Below are positions 26,904 through 40,479 of a stretch of DNA of 64,000 nt, piece after piece. The DNA lies in the NCBI RefSeq assembly GCF_964194155.1, contig NC_135887.1, forward strand, positions 48,422,001 through 48,486,000, read 5' to 3'. The notes under the pieces were generated by a model. The model made no database searches and had not been told where the DNA came from. It worked only from the letters and a program-made list of their open reading frames with translations. The DNA comes from Cetorhinus maximus (lineage: Eukaryota). Position numbers and translations under genes: made by a program. Every line of letters starts with the position of its first letter. The stretch's first letter is position 1.

Positions 26904-27968
26904 GAATTGAAAGGCTGAATAGGCTCAAGAGGTTGACTGGCCTACTGCTGTTCCTATCAATGTCAGTGTTGAACAGTTCCAAGTGAAGGAGCTTTCTTTT
27001 GCATCTAACCATGCCACATTTGATGGAGTACACAGCACGGAAACAGAAAGTGTTCCATGCCTTTTATTTCCTTCTAAAAGTGTAGAGAATTTGTGTGCTC
27101 ACCGCTGGACAGGGGCGAGTGCCCAGTTTAACAATTCAGTGGGAGGTGATATTTTGAATAGAATGTGCTGCCTGATGTATGACAGCACCGACCCTGGTGC
27201 TCCTTGTTTTAGGTTTCACTCTAATTCGCAGATGCAAGCCAAACCTTAAAAGGGGAGTCATAAATATTCAGCAGTCAAGAGAGTTTGATGTCTATTTATT
27301 CTTTAACCGCTCACTAATGTATCCTCTCAATGATACTTATCTGAAAATGAAAAGCCAACAGCAATTCACAGTGCACTGCAATAATGGTTAAGTGAATTAA
27401 GTAATTAGAAACTAATGAACAAGTTAGATACCTATTCGGTATAGGAAGAAAAATAAAAGCTGCTGATTCATGGGTATTTTAAAATACAAATAAATGCACA
27501 TGGCCATGTTCGTTATTACTGTACACTGGCTGAGTTCGTGTGTTGAATCTAGTTCTCAGCTGCGTTGATGAAGGCTTCAAGTTTCAGGAAGCTGGAACAA
27601 CTTGCAAGAAAATCTATTATCAGCCAACTTCTTTCACCATCGAGACAGACAATTAGGTAAAGGTAAATGAATAAGGTACATCCCCCTAACTCTGCGCATG
27701 CCCCACCCGCCCCCGGCCACCACACTGTTGCCACTACCCCCATCCCCCCCAATCCACCTCTGCATAGTTTTCTCCCCTTTCTCTCATGCTTGGGTACAGT
27801 TCGGTGAGTGCCAGGGCACTTGCTAAAACCATGCACCTCTGGCCATCTTTCATGTTTGGATCTAGAGATGGAGTGTGAGCAAGCTATTCAACCCTGTGAG
27901 CCATCGCACACCAAGGTGGGTCCCCACTGCACTCAACATCATACACATATTTTCCATCAAGGGTTACT

Positions 27969-27988
27969 GGGGGGGCGGGGGGGGGGGG

Positions 27989-28034
<46 letters not shown>

Positions 28035-28056
28035 GAGAGAGAGAGAGAGAGGGGGT
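27969..28056. repeat. Poly-G followed by a (GA)n microsatellite
   Basis: Directly visible. Confidence 0.95.
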
Positions 28057-28240
28057 GGCTGATCAGGTGCACAAATCCTAGCTAATTTTTTTCTCATTAG
28101 CCCAGAGATACTGAAGGCAACTTATGGAGCCCCTAATGCCACCCAAAGTACTCTGGGTGTTACTCACGTGACCAGATATCGAAATCCTACTTTAGGTACA
28201 CTTTTATTTAATAAATCTTGATTGTGATGCACACTCTTAC

Positions 28241-28395
28241 CGTGTAGTTGGGGTTTCCAGGTTGAATGCGCAGTTCTGCCAGCATCCAGATCCCATTGGT
28301 TAGCTTCAAGGATTGGTACAACATGTCCTGACCCTCCACATTCCTCTTTGCAATGGTAAACACGTTGCTATTCTGCAATTTATTGGATACCATGT
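28241..28395 (-). CDS. AP2B1: Internal (probably penultimate) coding exon of beta-adaptin, C-terminal appendage platform subdomain; most likely AP2B1 (AP1B1 is the alternative)
   Basis: Encodes (D)MVSNKLQNSNVFTIAKRNVEGQDMLYQSLKLTNGIWMLAELRIQPGNPNYT. Acceptor tttttcttttcAG (AG = 28397-28396) and donor GTaag (28240-28236). 155 nt = 2 nt completing the Asp codon + 51 codons. The PNYT ending favours AP2B1 over AP1B1. Confidence 0.85.
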
Positions 28396-29136
28396 CTGAA
28401 AAGAAAAATGACATTGCACTGGTGAGCAAGTAGCAATTTTACTGGTTACATTTTTTTCCCCCTTGAACTGGCAGCTATTTCTTGAAAGCTCATTGTTGAT
28501 TGGTTGTTTTCAAATGTCCTTTGTACTTTGCCCTTGGTGAATTTTTAAAGCTGCTTTTGATTAGTACCTTCCCTACCTGTTCAGCTGAACTTGCTACTGT
28601 TTTAGAGGAAACATGGGCAAACCAAGTGAGGTGCAGAGATTTGCATGCACAAGTCTAACACTGAAGCTGGCTGCCAAAACATGAACTAGATACAGGACTT
28701 TTAAACCATAAGATTGCTGGAACATCAACTGGTGTTTAGCTGCTAATTTGATTATTGCTCAAGTACTCCCTGTGGAGCAGTGGTGTAAACAGCCAATTGA
28801 GGTAACCGTAGAGGGTTATAGTTCTTGAAGCCAATTAAAAGATAAGAGTAATGGATTGCAAATTCTAGGTTCCAGGATACTGAATCTCCTTGTTTTTTTA
28901 AAATATTGTTTTTTTTGTCCATATCACTTGAAAACTGAATTTGAGACTCTGGATGTTGCAAGTGGATCTACATTCTAACAAGGCATCTTTAAGTTGAACC
29001 TACATGCTAAAGCAAATCAAAAACACAAATTCCACATTAAAAGATTTATTGTACACTATTACTTGAATAAGTAGCCTGCTCCTAGACATTTCACAGTTTT
29101 TGTACAAATTACTACAAGGTGTGGCAGAATTAGATT

Positions 29137-30400
29137 ATAAGTAGTAGGAGCAGGAGTAGGCCATTCGGCACTTCAGAGGCTGATCCACCATTCGATAAGA
29201 TCACGGCTGATTTGACTGCGGCCTCAACTTCACTTTCCTGTCTGTTCCTCAAAACCCTTAACTCCCTTGTCAACCAGAAATCTGTCTAAATCAGTCTTGA
29301 ATATATTCAACGGCCCAGTCTCCATGCTCTCTGTGGAAGAGAATTCCAAAGACTATCGACCCTCTGAGAATTTCTCCTCATTACAGTCTTAAATGGGAGA
29401 CCCCTTAATTTTAAACTGTGTCCCCTAGTTATAGATTCCCCCAGGAGGGGAACTATCCTCTCAGCATCCATCCTGTCAAGCCCCCACAGAATCTTATATG
29501 TTTCAATAAGGTCACTTTTCATTCTTCTAAATGCCAATGAGTACAGGCCCAACCTGCTCAACTTTTCATCATAAGATAACCCCTTTATCCAGGAATCACC
29601 CTAATGTGCATTCTCGGAACAACTTCTAACACAAGTATATCCCTCCTTAAGTAAGGTGGCCAAAACATCACAAACTACTCCAGGTGTGGTCTCACCAATG
29701 TTCCATACAGCTGCAGCAAGACTTCCCTACTTTTATACTCCATCCCCCTTGCAATGAAGGTCTTTGTTCTATTTGCCTTCTCAATCACTTGCTGTTCCTG
29801 CATGCTAACTTTGTGACTCATGTATAAGGACGTCCAGATTCCTCTGTACTGCAGTATTCTGCAGTCTCTACTTCAATGTTCTGCTTTTATATTTTTCTTG
29901 CCAACCTCACATTTTCCCACATTCTCCACCTGCAATTTTTTTCCTACTCATTTCACCTATGCGTTTCCCTTTGCAGACTCTTTGTATCCTCCTCACAGCT
30001 TGCTTTCCTACCTATATTTGTATCAGCAGCAAATTTGGCTCCAATACAGTCTGTTCTTTCTTCCAAGTCATTAATGTAGCTCATAAACAGTTGAGGCCCC
30101 AGCACTAATTCCTGTGGCACTCCACTAATTACTAGCTGCCAACCTGAAAATGACCCATTTATCCCTACTCTCTTATTTCCTGTTAGTTAGCCAATCCTCT
30201 ATCCATGCTAATATTTCACCGCCAACATCATGAGCTCCTACCTTGTGTTATAACCTTGACAAATGCCTATTGGAAATGAAAATACACTATATCTCCTGAT
30301 TCCCCTTTACCCACCCTGCATGTTACATCCTCAAAGAACTCCAATAAATGTGTCAAATTTAATTCTCGGTTCACAAAACCATGTTGACTCTGTCTGATAG
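29137..30400 (-). mobile_element. CR1 (HER1-like) LINE 3' fragment
   Basis: SQHGFVNR..THLLEFFEDVT; RLGLYSLAFRRMKSDLIETYKIL..LWNSLPQ. Confidence 0.88.
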
Positions 30401-30419
30401 TATGCTGATTTTCTAGTTG

Positions 30420-32760
30420 TTGCAGTGCATCTTGTAGATGATACATGCTACTGCCATGCATCATTATGGAGGGAGTGAATATTTATTGCAGTGTATGTGG
30501 TGCCAAATAAATGGGCCTGGATGTGTTGGAGTTCTCGAATGTTGTTGGAGCTACACTCATCCAGGCAAATGTAGAGTATTCCATTACACTCCTGACTTGT
30601 GCTTTCAAGAGGGTGGACAGGCTTTGGGGAGTCAGGAGTTATATTCCATAGAATTCCCAGCCTCTGACCTGCTTTTGTAGCCAAAGTATTTATATGGCTG
30701 GTCCACTTCAGTTTCTGGTCAATCGTGACCCCCAGGATGTTGATAGTGGGGGATTCAGCGATGGCAATACCATTGAATGTCAAGGGGTGATGGTTACATT
30801 GTCTCTTGTTGGAGATGGTCATTGCCTGGCATGAATGTTACTTGCCACTCTTCAGCCCAAGCCTGGATATTGTCCAGGTCTTACTGCATTTGGACATGGA
30901 CTACTTTAGTATCTGAGGAGTCACGAATGGTGAACATTGTGCGGTCATTCCCGAACAGCCCCATTTCTGACCTTATGATAAAGGGAAGGTCATTGATGAA
31001 GCAGCTGAAAATGGTTGGGCCTAGGACACTGAGGGACTCCTGCAGTGATGACCTGGGACAGAGCTGATTGACCTCCAACCATCAGAATCATCTTCCTTTG
31101 TGCTAGGTATGACTTCAACTAGAGGTTCGGCAAAGAGTTTTCCCTCTGAAGCTCATGACTCCAGTTTTGCTCGGGCTACACATGGACAAATGCTGCCTTG
31201 ATATCAAGTCACTCTCACCTCAACTTTTCAGTTCAACTTTTTTGTCCATATTTGGACCGAGGCTGTAATGAGGTCAGGAGCTGAGTGACCCTGGTAGAAC
31301 CCAAAGGGAGCATCAGTGAGCAGGTAATTGGTGAGTAGGTGTCACTTGATAGCACTGTTGCTTTGCTGATGATTGAGAGTAGAATGATGGGACAGGTATT
31401 GGCCAGATTAGGTTTATCCTGCTTTTTGTGTACAGGACATAACTAGGCAATTTTCCATGTTGATAGCTAGATGCCAGTGTTGTAGCTGTACTGGAACAGT
31501 TTGGCAAGGGGCACGGTTAGTTCTGGAGCACAAGTTATCAGTATTATTGCCGGAACATTGTCAGGGCCAATATCCTTGGCAGTATCCAGTGCCTTCAGCC
31601 GTTGCTTGATATCACGTGGAGTGAATTGAATTGGTTGTAGACTGGCATCTGCAATGCTAGGGACCTGAGGAGGAGGCTGAGTTGAATCATCCACTTGCCA
31701 CTTCTGGCTTAAGAGGCTGGAAATGTTTCAGCCTTGTCTTTTGCACTGATGTGCTGGGCTCCCCCATCATTGAGGATGGGGATATTTGTGATGCCTCCTC
31801 TTCCAGTTACTTGCTTAATTGTCCACCACCATTCACGAATGGATGTGGCAGGACTACAGAGCTTAGGACTGATCCAATGGTTGTGAGATCACTAAGCTTT
31901 GTCTATCACTTGCTGCTTCTGCTGTTTGGCATGCAAGCAGTCCTGTTTTGTAGCTTCACCAGGTTGACACCTCATTTTTAGGTATGCTTGGTACTGCTCC
32001 TGGCATGCCCTCCTGCACTCCCATTGAACCAGGGTTGATTCCCCAGCTTGATGCGGATGGTAGAGTGTGGGATATGCCGGGCCATGGGGTTACAGATTGC
32101 GATTGAGTACAATTATAACGCTGCTGATGGTCCACAGTGCTTCATGGATGCTCAGTTACAAGTTGCTAGATCTGTTCGAAATCTCTCTCACTTAGCACAG
32201 CGGTAGTGCCACACAACATGATGGAGGGTATATCCTCAATGTGAAGATGGGACTTCATCTTCACAAGGACTGTGTGGTGGTCACTTCTACCATTACTGTC
32301 ATGGACAGATGCATCTGCAACAGGTAGGTTAGTGAGGAAGAGGTCAAGTAGGTTTTTCCTCTTGCTTGTTCTCTCACCCCCTGCTGCGGACTCAGTCTAG
32401 CAGCTATGTCTTTTAGGACTTGGCCAGCTTGGTCAGTAATGGGCAACCGAGCCACTCTTGGTGTTGGACATTGAAGTCCCCCACTCAGAGTACATTCTGC
32501 GTCTTTGCCACCCTCAGTGCTTCTTCCAAGTAGTGTTCAACATGGAGGAGTACTGATTCATCAGCTAAGGGTGGGATGGTACATTGTCATCAACAGGTGG
32601 TTTCCTTGCCCATGTTTGACCTGGTGCCATGAGATACCATGGGGTCCGGAGTTGATGTTGAGGTCACCCAGGGCAACTCCCTCCCGGCTGTATACCACTG
32701 TGCCACCACTTTTGCTGTGTCTGTCCTGCCAGCGGATCAGGACATGCCCAGGGATGATGA
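30420..32760 (-). mobile_element. LINE of the same family, decayed ORF2 (APE to RT)
   Basis: ORFs 30448-30822, 30881-31078 and 31467-31694 are homologous to 58400-60700. Confidence 0.88.
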
Positions 32761-34169
32761 TGGTGCTACGTGCATTCAGATAAAGAGCCTCAACTCTGTC
32801 TTTTTACCATTTTTCCTGTGCTGACCAAATTTGCTGGGGCCCTCATATTTGTACATTGTCCCTTCCGTCACACTCTGGTATCATTATCCGCATCACTACC
32901 CTGCACTACTGCCTTATCCTTTCTCTTTAACTTTCCAAATCTCCCCCCACCGTTAAGTTTAAAGCCCCCTCTACAGCCCTAGTTATACAAATGCCAGTAC
33001 ACTGGTCCCAGCATAGTTCAGTTGAAGGCCATCCAACCAGTGCTGCTTGAAAAGCTGGACTTGACTCTATTCCTCTTCTTCCCTGGAGGTTATAGCTGAA
33101 CTCTGCTGTCTCTTTCCTGGTATATCAGCTGAGATCAGAAAAAAAGTCTGAGAGATCCCTGACTGTGAACCTTTATCCTAACTGCTCATAATATGATGTA
33201 TTTGTGTACTAGGCACAATGCCAATGGGCTGTGTACTTAAATCTCATTACCTTTCAAAATCCAGAGATTTGCAACATCTACCACGAAAATGCAGTTAACG
33301 TTTAATACAATTGTGCCCAAATCTGTCTTTTTTTTTTAAGTGAAACTGTGTAATTTTTCCTATTGCAATAAATGACAAATGGTTGCAGTATTCCTGGACT
33401 TAAAAACTGTGATGTCAACTGGGTAGCAAGGCCACATTTGTTAGTAAAACCATGATCAATAGCAATTATATCAACATCACAGGTTATGGCAGATAGTGCT
33501 ATGATATTACCAACCAAGTATATTTAAATTCTCTTTTATAGCTTCAAGTTCTGTTATAATTTAATACAGACCTCTGCTGCTTAGTTTTTGTCTTTCTTGC
33601 ATCTTTAACCACTCCAATTCTCCTGCAATTGACTGTAAGCATGCTGCAGATACATTAAACCTACTCAGTTACGTTCTGAGCTACTTCAACTTGTCTCGCC
33701 TAACACAGATTTAAGCACTATTTCACAGCACCTGTTGTTCCCATGTGCATAAATTGCATTTACAAAACTGGAGTGTGCCAAAAATAGAATCTTTGTCCTA
33801 TGAGACATGTAATCTTCTGTATATATCACTTTGAATTTATGGTAATCAGAAAATGAATGGCAAACATCTTATTGGAAAAAAAATCTGATGTTCAGGCACT
33901 TTGCCTAACTCAGCACAAAACACTTTCATTTACTGGGATGTTACTTGTGTCCCTCCTGTGACCTCAATGTTAATGAGGTCCACACCAGACGGTGAAGTCA
34001 AAACTCAGACATAGAATGTTATCTTTCATTTCCTGAGAGTGTTTATTGACTTGGTACAGAGTCAACACTCCTCACCAGTGCCTCAGCTATCTCCTATTTT
34101 TATGTGTTCAAATACCCATCACCTGTTTTCATTAACATGTCTATCTCTCCTTGTTCTCCAAGAACCACA

Positions 34170-34670
34170 ATTCAATAGTATTACCATCGCTGAAACCCCC
34201 ACTATCAACATCCTGGGGGTTAGCATTGATCAGAAACTGAATTGATTAGCCATATAAATACTGTGGTTACAAGAACAGGTCAGAGGCTCTGAATCCTGTG
34301 GCAGTAACTTACCTCCTGACTCCCCAAAACCTGTCCAGTGTGTACCATCTACAAGCTGCACTGCAGAAACTTACCAAGGCTCCTTAGACAGCACCTTCCA
34401 AACCCATGACCGCTACAATCTAGAAGGACAAGGGCAGGAGGCACAAGTTCCCCTCCAAGCCACTCATCATCCTGACTTGGAACTATATCGCCATTCCTTC
34501 ACTGTTGCTGGGTCAAAATCCTGGAACTTCCTCCCTAACAGCATTGTGGGTGTACCTTGCAGGTATACCACATGGACATGCACCACCAACTTCTCAAGAG
34601 CAATTGGGGATGGGCAATAAATGCTGGCCTAGCTGGCAACGCCCACATTCCATGAATGGATAAAAAAAAT
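34170..34670 (+). mobile_element. 3' fragment of the same LINE family, internally deleted
   Basis: TINILGVSIDQKLN; tail gggatgggcaataaatgctgg..aaaaaaaa. Confidence 0.85.
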
Positions 34671-36309
34671 CTGCAATATTAAACATGGTTAGTTACTCCA
34701 CCAACATCTGCCTCTACTGAGTGGCTATTGTTTGTTTCCATTCTTATCTGTTATGTAGCTATGACACCTGCAATGATTTCTCTTCAAGGATCCATCCTTG
34801 GCCCCCCTCATCTACATAATACCTCCCAGTCAGAGGGTCAACTTTCAAATGTATGCTGATGATGCACAACTTTATCACCCCATAATTTCCCACTGCTGAA
34901 AATGAACTTGTGGAAGAGCCTGACTGCTTCCAAATAAACACTGGGAGGACCAAAGCCATCACTCTTCTTGCTACCTCCCCACCCCTCCCACACCAAAACC
35001 CAGCTCTTTTTATGCCATTGCCAACCCTTTCCCTTGATGCTCATTTCAGAAATCCTAGCATTTTGTTCAATGCATAGCTGAGCTTCAAAAACCATATTCT
35101 GTCCAACAGTAAAACCATTTATTTTCACTGTCTCTTCCCCCACTAACCCTTCCCAAACCTTCAAAAACCATCATCTCCAGACTCTCAATCTCCAATGCCT
35201 TCCTTGCCGGCCTTCCACCTTGTACCTTGCATAAATTCTAACTCCTCCAAAATCCTGTCATCTGTATCTTATCCAACCTTGCCTCTCTTCTGGTGGAACA
35301 TTCAAATGATTGAACTCAAACTTTTAGAATGGCCCTAAAGCCTCCCACCCTTCTCCCCTTTAACAAGTCACTAGCCCTTAGGCTGTTGCTTTCTTCCTCT
35401 CTGAAGCACCTAGAGTCATTTTTCCTGCAAAGGTGTTTTATGAAGGTAAGTTGTTTCATTTGTTATATACTTGTACATGGCTGTTGGAAGCATTTTTAAG
35501 GTTAAAGGGCTCGAGCTCATTGAATCATACCTCAAAATTCTCTGGCATTTGGATGACCCTAGCTGCTGTCTCCTGTACAGCCTCTCAGGCCAGAATTAAA
35601 AAATACTCTAGATGCAACCTGACAATTTTTGGGGATTTGAATACAACTGATCTGGCAATTTAACCAGTATCCTGTTTGCTCTTATTGTCACTTCACACTG
35701 TTTAGACACAGTGAATGGCAAGTGAGCCAAAAACTCAGATGTTTATCAAGATTGTTGAGGTCAAACTGTGACTGAAGCTAGTTATCGGAATTAGTCAAAA
35801 ATATATCAACTGGGGTTTAGTCAGCACAGTGGTATAGCACAGAAGCATTTCACCTCAGGCAATTGGTTTTGAATCAAATCCAGATTGATGAGATAAAGGC
35901 CCTCCTCGGCTGAGTGGAAGGGTTCTGCGTGAAACAGGTTTTGGCACTAAGAACATACGAATCAGGGGCAAGAGTAGGCCGTTCAGTCCTTTGCCACTGC
36001 TCTGCAAAATAGTTTCTCTTCAATTTCTAACAGCCTGGAGCCCATAGCAGAAAAAACAATTCAGCACTTAGCATCTTCATGCAAGATAAGGCACAGGAAT
36101 AGCTGGTGTAAAATGGATAAATTCACACTGCCGTTCCTCTGGGAGATTAGTGCAAGTAGGGAAGGCTTCACTCGATAACTTGCCCCATCTTATAGCTCAA
36201 GGCTTGTATCAGCAATCCTAGCAAGTGGACACTAAATTGTTTTGAAATCAACCAACATCACAAAGTTCCTGTATATATCTCAATCCTTGAAATGAATCCA
36301 AACTATAAG

Positions 36310-36650
36310 CACCCCTGGTGGATCAGTGTGTTGCCACACCCACCAAGTGTAGTACTAAACCCTTTCTATATGGAAGCTCAGGCTGGATCCCTGAACTGTG
36401 CTGAGTTTGCTGATCTCAGCAAGGTGGCACTGCAACTGGCTTCAGAACTTTTGGGGTAGCAGGGAAAACTGCCAGGCTTGTCATAGCTATCCAATGACTT
36501 CCCGCTATAAAGATTTTGAGCAACAAAGATTAAGATCAACAGTAATGTCCTCCATGACTGAATAGCCTATTAGCACTCACAGATAGTGAACAGCCACTTG
36601 CGTTGAGGTACCAGAGGGCTGTCCGCCCCACTGAAACTGCACCAAAAATG
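36310..36650 (+). mobile_element. Old SINE family copy (relatives at ~4470-4790, ~1630-1910, ~130-310 minus, and one split by the LTR element at 37920)
   Basis: Recurrent blocks ctgtgctgagtttgctgatc, ctatccaatgac, gaatagcct..cactcac. Confidence 0.5.
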
Positions 36651-37919
36651 GGAAACAAATATTTTCGGTCAGAACTTGCAGTCGTTTTAAAAGACAATCG
36701 TGCAATGAATTGGCCATTATATAATTACAAAAAGACCAAGAGTAGGGAGTGATTATAAATTAACTCTGGGAGTACGTGAAATTCATAAACCACTTAAAGC
36801 CATCAGATTATATTATAACAGGTATCTAGTGTTCTGCTAATACTGTAATTTTTATGCAGGTAAAATATAAATAGCAATGCATAACTGAAAAAACAAATTT
36901 AGGAAGGCTTTTGACGCTGCCTACTCTGATCCTGTTTTCTACAAAATGAGAAGGCCTCTTAAGAGAAAAAGCCAAAGCAATGACAGTAATGCAATCTTGA
37001 TGCGTTTGAACTCCAAACATTAAAAAGGCCCCCCAACAGAGATGAAGCGAGCTTGTTTACAATGAAGCAGATGTCCGGAGATAATATTAGCTAGTACAGG
37101 GGCCATCACAAACATTGTTGGGGGGGGGGGGGGGGGGGAGGGGTGTGGAGAGGAGGAGGAGGAGAACATATGAATCTAATTCGCTGCATTCTTGAATTAT
37201 AAGGAAGGAAAATTCCCATTATATGCAATGTCTTTTTCATTGCTGAAAATGCAAAAGGGACATATGCGAGCTACACATACCTATGGGATGGATTAGTGGG
37301 AAATGCAGAGTGAGGTGTGTTACTGAGCCACACACACCAGGAGGCTCCATGCTTGACTCCAAATCTGTACTTAGTTGAACTCAGTTGGGACAGTAGTTGG
37401 AACATTGCAAACTGCCTCAGATCCTCTTTGGCCAAGAGGTAAAAGAGAGTGCCAAGATTCCTACTTTTGGCTCCCTGACATTGCTGGTACAGTAGATGCA
37501 ACTTAAACCTGCAGGCTCCTCATAAAGCCCAAAGCTACATTTCAGTGCCATATGTGCTTCACTACTGTACTGCAATTGCAGACTGCCATAGCAATAATAG
37601 CCTAGTAGATGTTGCACTGAAGGGTACAAACTGCAAACCAGCTTGAGCAGAGAACTTGGGAAGATGGGAGTGATGCATGAGGGGAATGGGTGGGTGCTGA
37701 TGAGAAGCTCATGGGAACAGACTAAGGTCAGTTGGTGCAGCCACAGCAGGCAGCATTTTAAATGGACAAGTGTGGGCAGTTTGCACATGGAGTTTTAAAT
37801 TGACCAGTTTGGGAAAGATAAATCCAATTTTCTCCATTTTCCTAACTGATAACTAGTGGACCTTTTTGGAACCATTGACATGGTGTGGAATAAGGACAGC
37901 ATCGAGCTCAGCTACAATG

Positions 37920-39247
37920 TGATATGATCCCAGCTGAAGTTATTACTGGACAAGCCAGATCCCAGGGTGGAAACCGGCTTGATAGATCCTAACTTTTATT
38001 TTTTGTTTAGATACACGGAGAGTGGCTACTGAAGAGAGTCAAAGGAGTTAGCTGATGAACTTCTAACAAAAGGATAAAACATTAAGCAACCAAAAGATTA
38101 ACTATATTACAATACTCCAACCACAATTAAACCTTTACAGATATATACAGGTTTGCAAGGATAACACCAGTTACAAAAGCTAACTTATACTCTAGTATTC
38201 ACACTAAGTACACAGCACATGTAAACCAATAGACGACCTGTGGTCAGGCACACCATACTCTGAAACCAAGTGCCAGATGCGACCCCAAACAGATGCTATG
38301 GATCTCTAATCAATTCTCCCCAGACGCTTGACAGACCATGAGCCAACTGGTCTCACTGAACTCACATGAAGGTTTCTAATCTCCACCCCTGAAAAACTTG
38401 CTTTGGAATCTTCTCCCTAACAATGCTTTCGCTCAGATGACTTTCACAAGGGTCCACCTCCGAGGTTTCGAATTCTCCTTTTGATGTTCCTCTCCCCTGG
38501 ATCACCACAAGCTTTCTTCCAAGCACACACACACACTGATTCAACTGTGCCAACAGAACACCACTGCTTCGCATGGCCATAGTAAAGAGTTACGGCCCTT
38601 CAGCTGTCTCCTTGAATTTTCTGGCTTCTTGCAAGCCAATATTGCTTTAAATCTGCATCCTGCAGCTTCTCTCTTTAAGCTTGGAGCCTTTCTCTGCTCC
38701 TCACTCAACTTTACTTAACAAGGCCTTTTCCAGATTCCTCTTCATTCCCTTTGACTTCTCGGGGCCTCTCTTCTTCTGTTCTTTGGGGAAACCTGCTTCC
38801 TGTAACTCCCTCCTGTCCAGCTTCTTTTGGCAGCTGGTTTCAACTTTAGTTTGGGACTTGCTATCTGTCTCTTCTCCTATGCTGGCTCTGCTGGTAACTC
38901 CTTTTAACTTTAGAGCACAATTACCAACTGAGCTCAGGCTGGTTCTGGTTCTTGCGTGTGTGCATGCATGTCGCCTCTCTCTCTGGACCCTTGTTGCAGC
39001 ACAGTTTTTTCTACTTTCTTTTAACTTCCCTAAACCACTACCCCACCCTCCTCCTCCCGATAACACAACTCTCCACTTCAAGGATCATAAAACGCATTAA
39101 AAATGCAGGCATCTTTCAAAGTGAAACTAAAACTCAGGTTTCAACCTATTAACCCACAAATACAGAAATACAAATGAACTTTGGACATTAAAGCTAAAAC
39201 TCATTCCTAGCGCACACAAATACACATACTGTCTCTATTTCCTAACA
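37920..39247 (-). repeat. 3' LTR of the TPR-carrying element
   Basis: TG...CA termini on the minus strand; preceded by the PPT aaggggaggg. Confidence 0.92.
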
Positions 39248-40003
39248 CCCTCCCCTTGCAAGAAAACAAGCTTCACAACAATGAAGAATTCTTTACAATG
39301 GCCTTACATTCGCTTCACATAAACTTATCATAAACCTCTAAGAATAGCTTATTACATTCTATTTACTCAAATGTGGTATCTCATTTTGATTTATCAAAGT
39401 CAAAATGGCATTTTTGTGCATTAGCATCTCATTTCTTTTCTGGTCAAAATCCCTTTTAGGATGTTGAGATGCTTTTTATGTTCGCACAGAAGGGTTTCGT
39501 ATTCCTGCTTGGTTTGATCTTTGAACTTATGATCTTGTTGTTTCTCCCAATCCCATTTCGAACAGGTCTTTTCCACTTCTCATTTGAGCAGCATCAATTA
39601 TTTTCTCCCTTTGGAGTTTCATAGTTCATTCTAACGCTTGAGCTCTTTTGTATAATCCATGAACCATATCATGCCTCTTCTCCACAGGTTTTGAATGGTC
39701 TTTTGCAAACTGCCCACTTGCCTGGATTCCAGCTGCTGTATTTCGTGTATTAGCATGGACAAGCACTTTTAAATCAGTGTCACTGGTCGTCGATCTTTCC
39801 AGATCTTTTTGCAACTTCAGTCCTTTTTGTTGACACTTAATTCCCAATTCTGCAGGCACTTTAGTTGCTTTCATATTGCTTATTACTGAAGTCAATACAT
39901 CAGTAATGTTACTTGGATCAGTTCTTTGCTGAACTACACCACAATTTGGCAAGGAATTTTTATTGACAGGAACAACTTCAGAACTGTGACACACTATATC
40001 ACA

Positions 40004-40400
40004 CATCTCCTCTTTCATTTTCTCCAGATTGCTTTCAAGTTCAAGAATCTGATTGTTCTTTTCATGGCGAAGTTCTAACAGTTCGTTAGTTTTGGTTTTT
40101 AATTCTGCAACCAATTATTCTGATGTACCAACAATTCCTTTTCTTCAAGGGATTTTCCACAATATTTCATAGCGACTTCTTCTGCTTGAAGTTCATCAAG
40201 TTTTAACTGAAGATTGACTTTTGTGAAGTTTGCTTCTACAAGGTGACCATTTAGACATTTCAAGTCCTCAGTCAAGTGTCCTACTTTCCACGACTGCTTC
40301 TCAATTGTTCTCACCAATTCTCTTTCATTGGCAAACTTTTCTTTTATGCATGAAAGTTGGTTTTCTATGTTAATCAGGTTTTCCTTCAATTGCTTATCAG
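40004..40400 (-). pseudogene. TPR: Transduced intronless fragment of nucleoprotein TPR (N-terminal coiled coil, roughly human aa 100-235), with one frameshift near 40110
   Basis: [39 protein letters not shown] / ELKTKTNELLELRHEKNNQILELESNLEKMKEEM matches recalled TPR [76 protein letters not shown]. Confidence 0.88.
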
Positions 40401-40479
40401 CAATAAGCATCTCATGTTGGCCACAGTAATTTTCTGAAGTTTAAGACCAGTATGATCAGCTGTCTGCTGCAGTACAGTC

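Noticed and set aside
27808-28081. ER/RE-rich ORFs
   Set aside because: Translation of the (GA)n microsatellite.
28752-28961. ..ESQIQF.. as the preceding beta-adaptin exon
   Set aside because: It lacks the conserved FLATWKDIP motif.
38681-39100. 126-139 aa ORFs in the LTR (counterparts at 42994-43403)
   Set aside because: Reading frames differ between the two LTR copies and there are no recognisable motifs.
40004-40400. TPR-like ORF as an exon of the real TPR gene
   Set aside because: It lies between two LTRs, follows the protease, has a frameshift, and I saw no supporting splice structure or other TPR exons.
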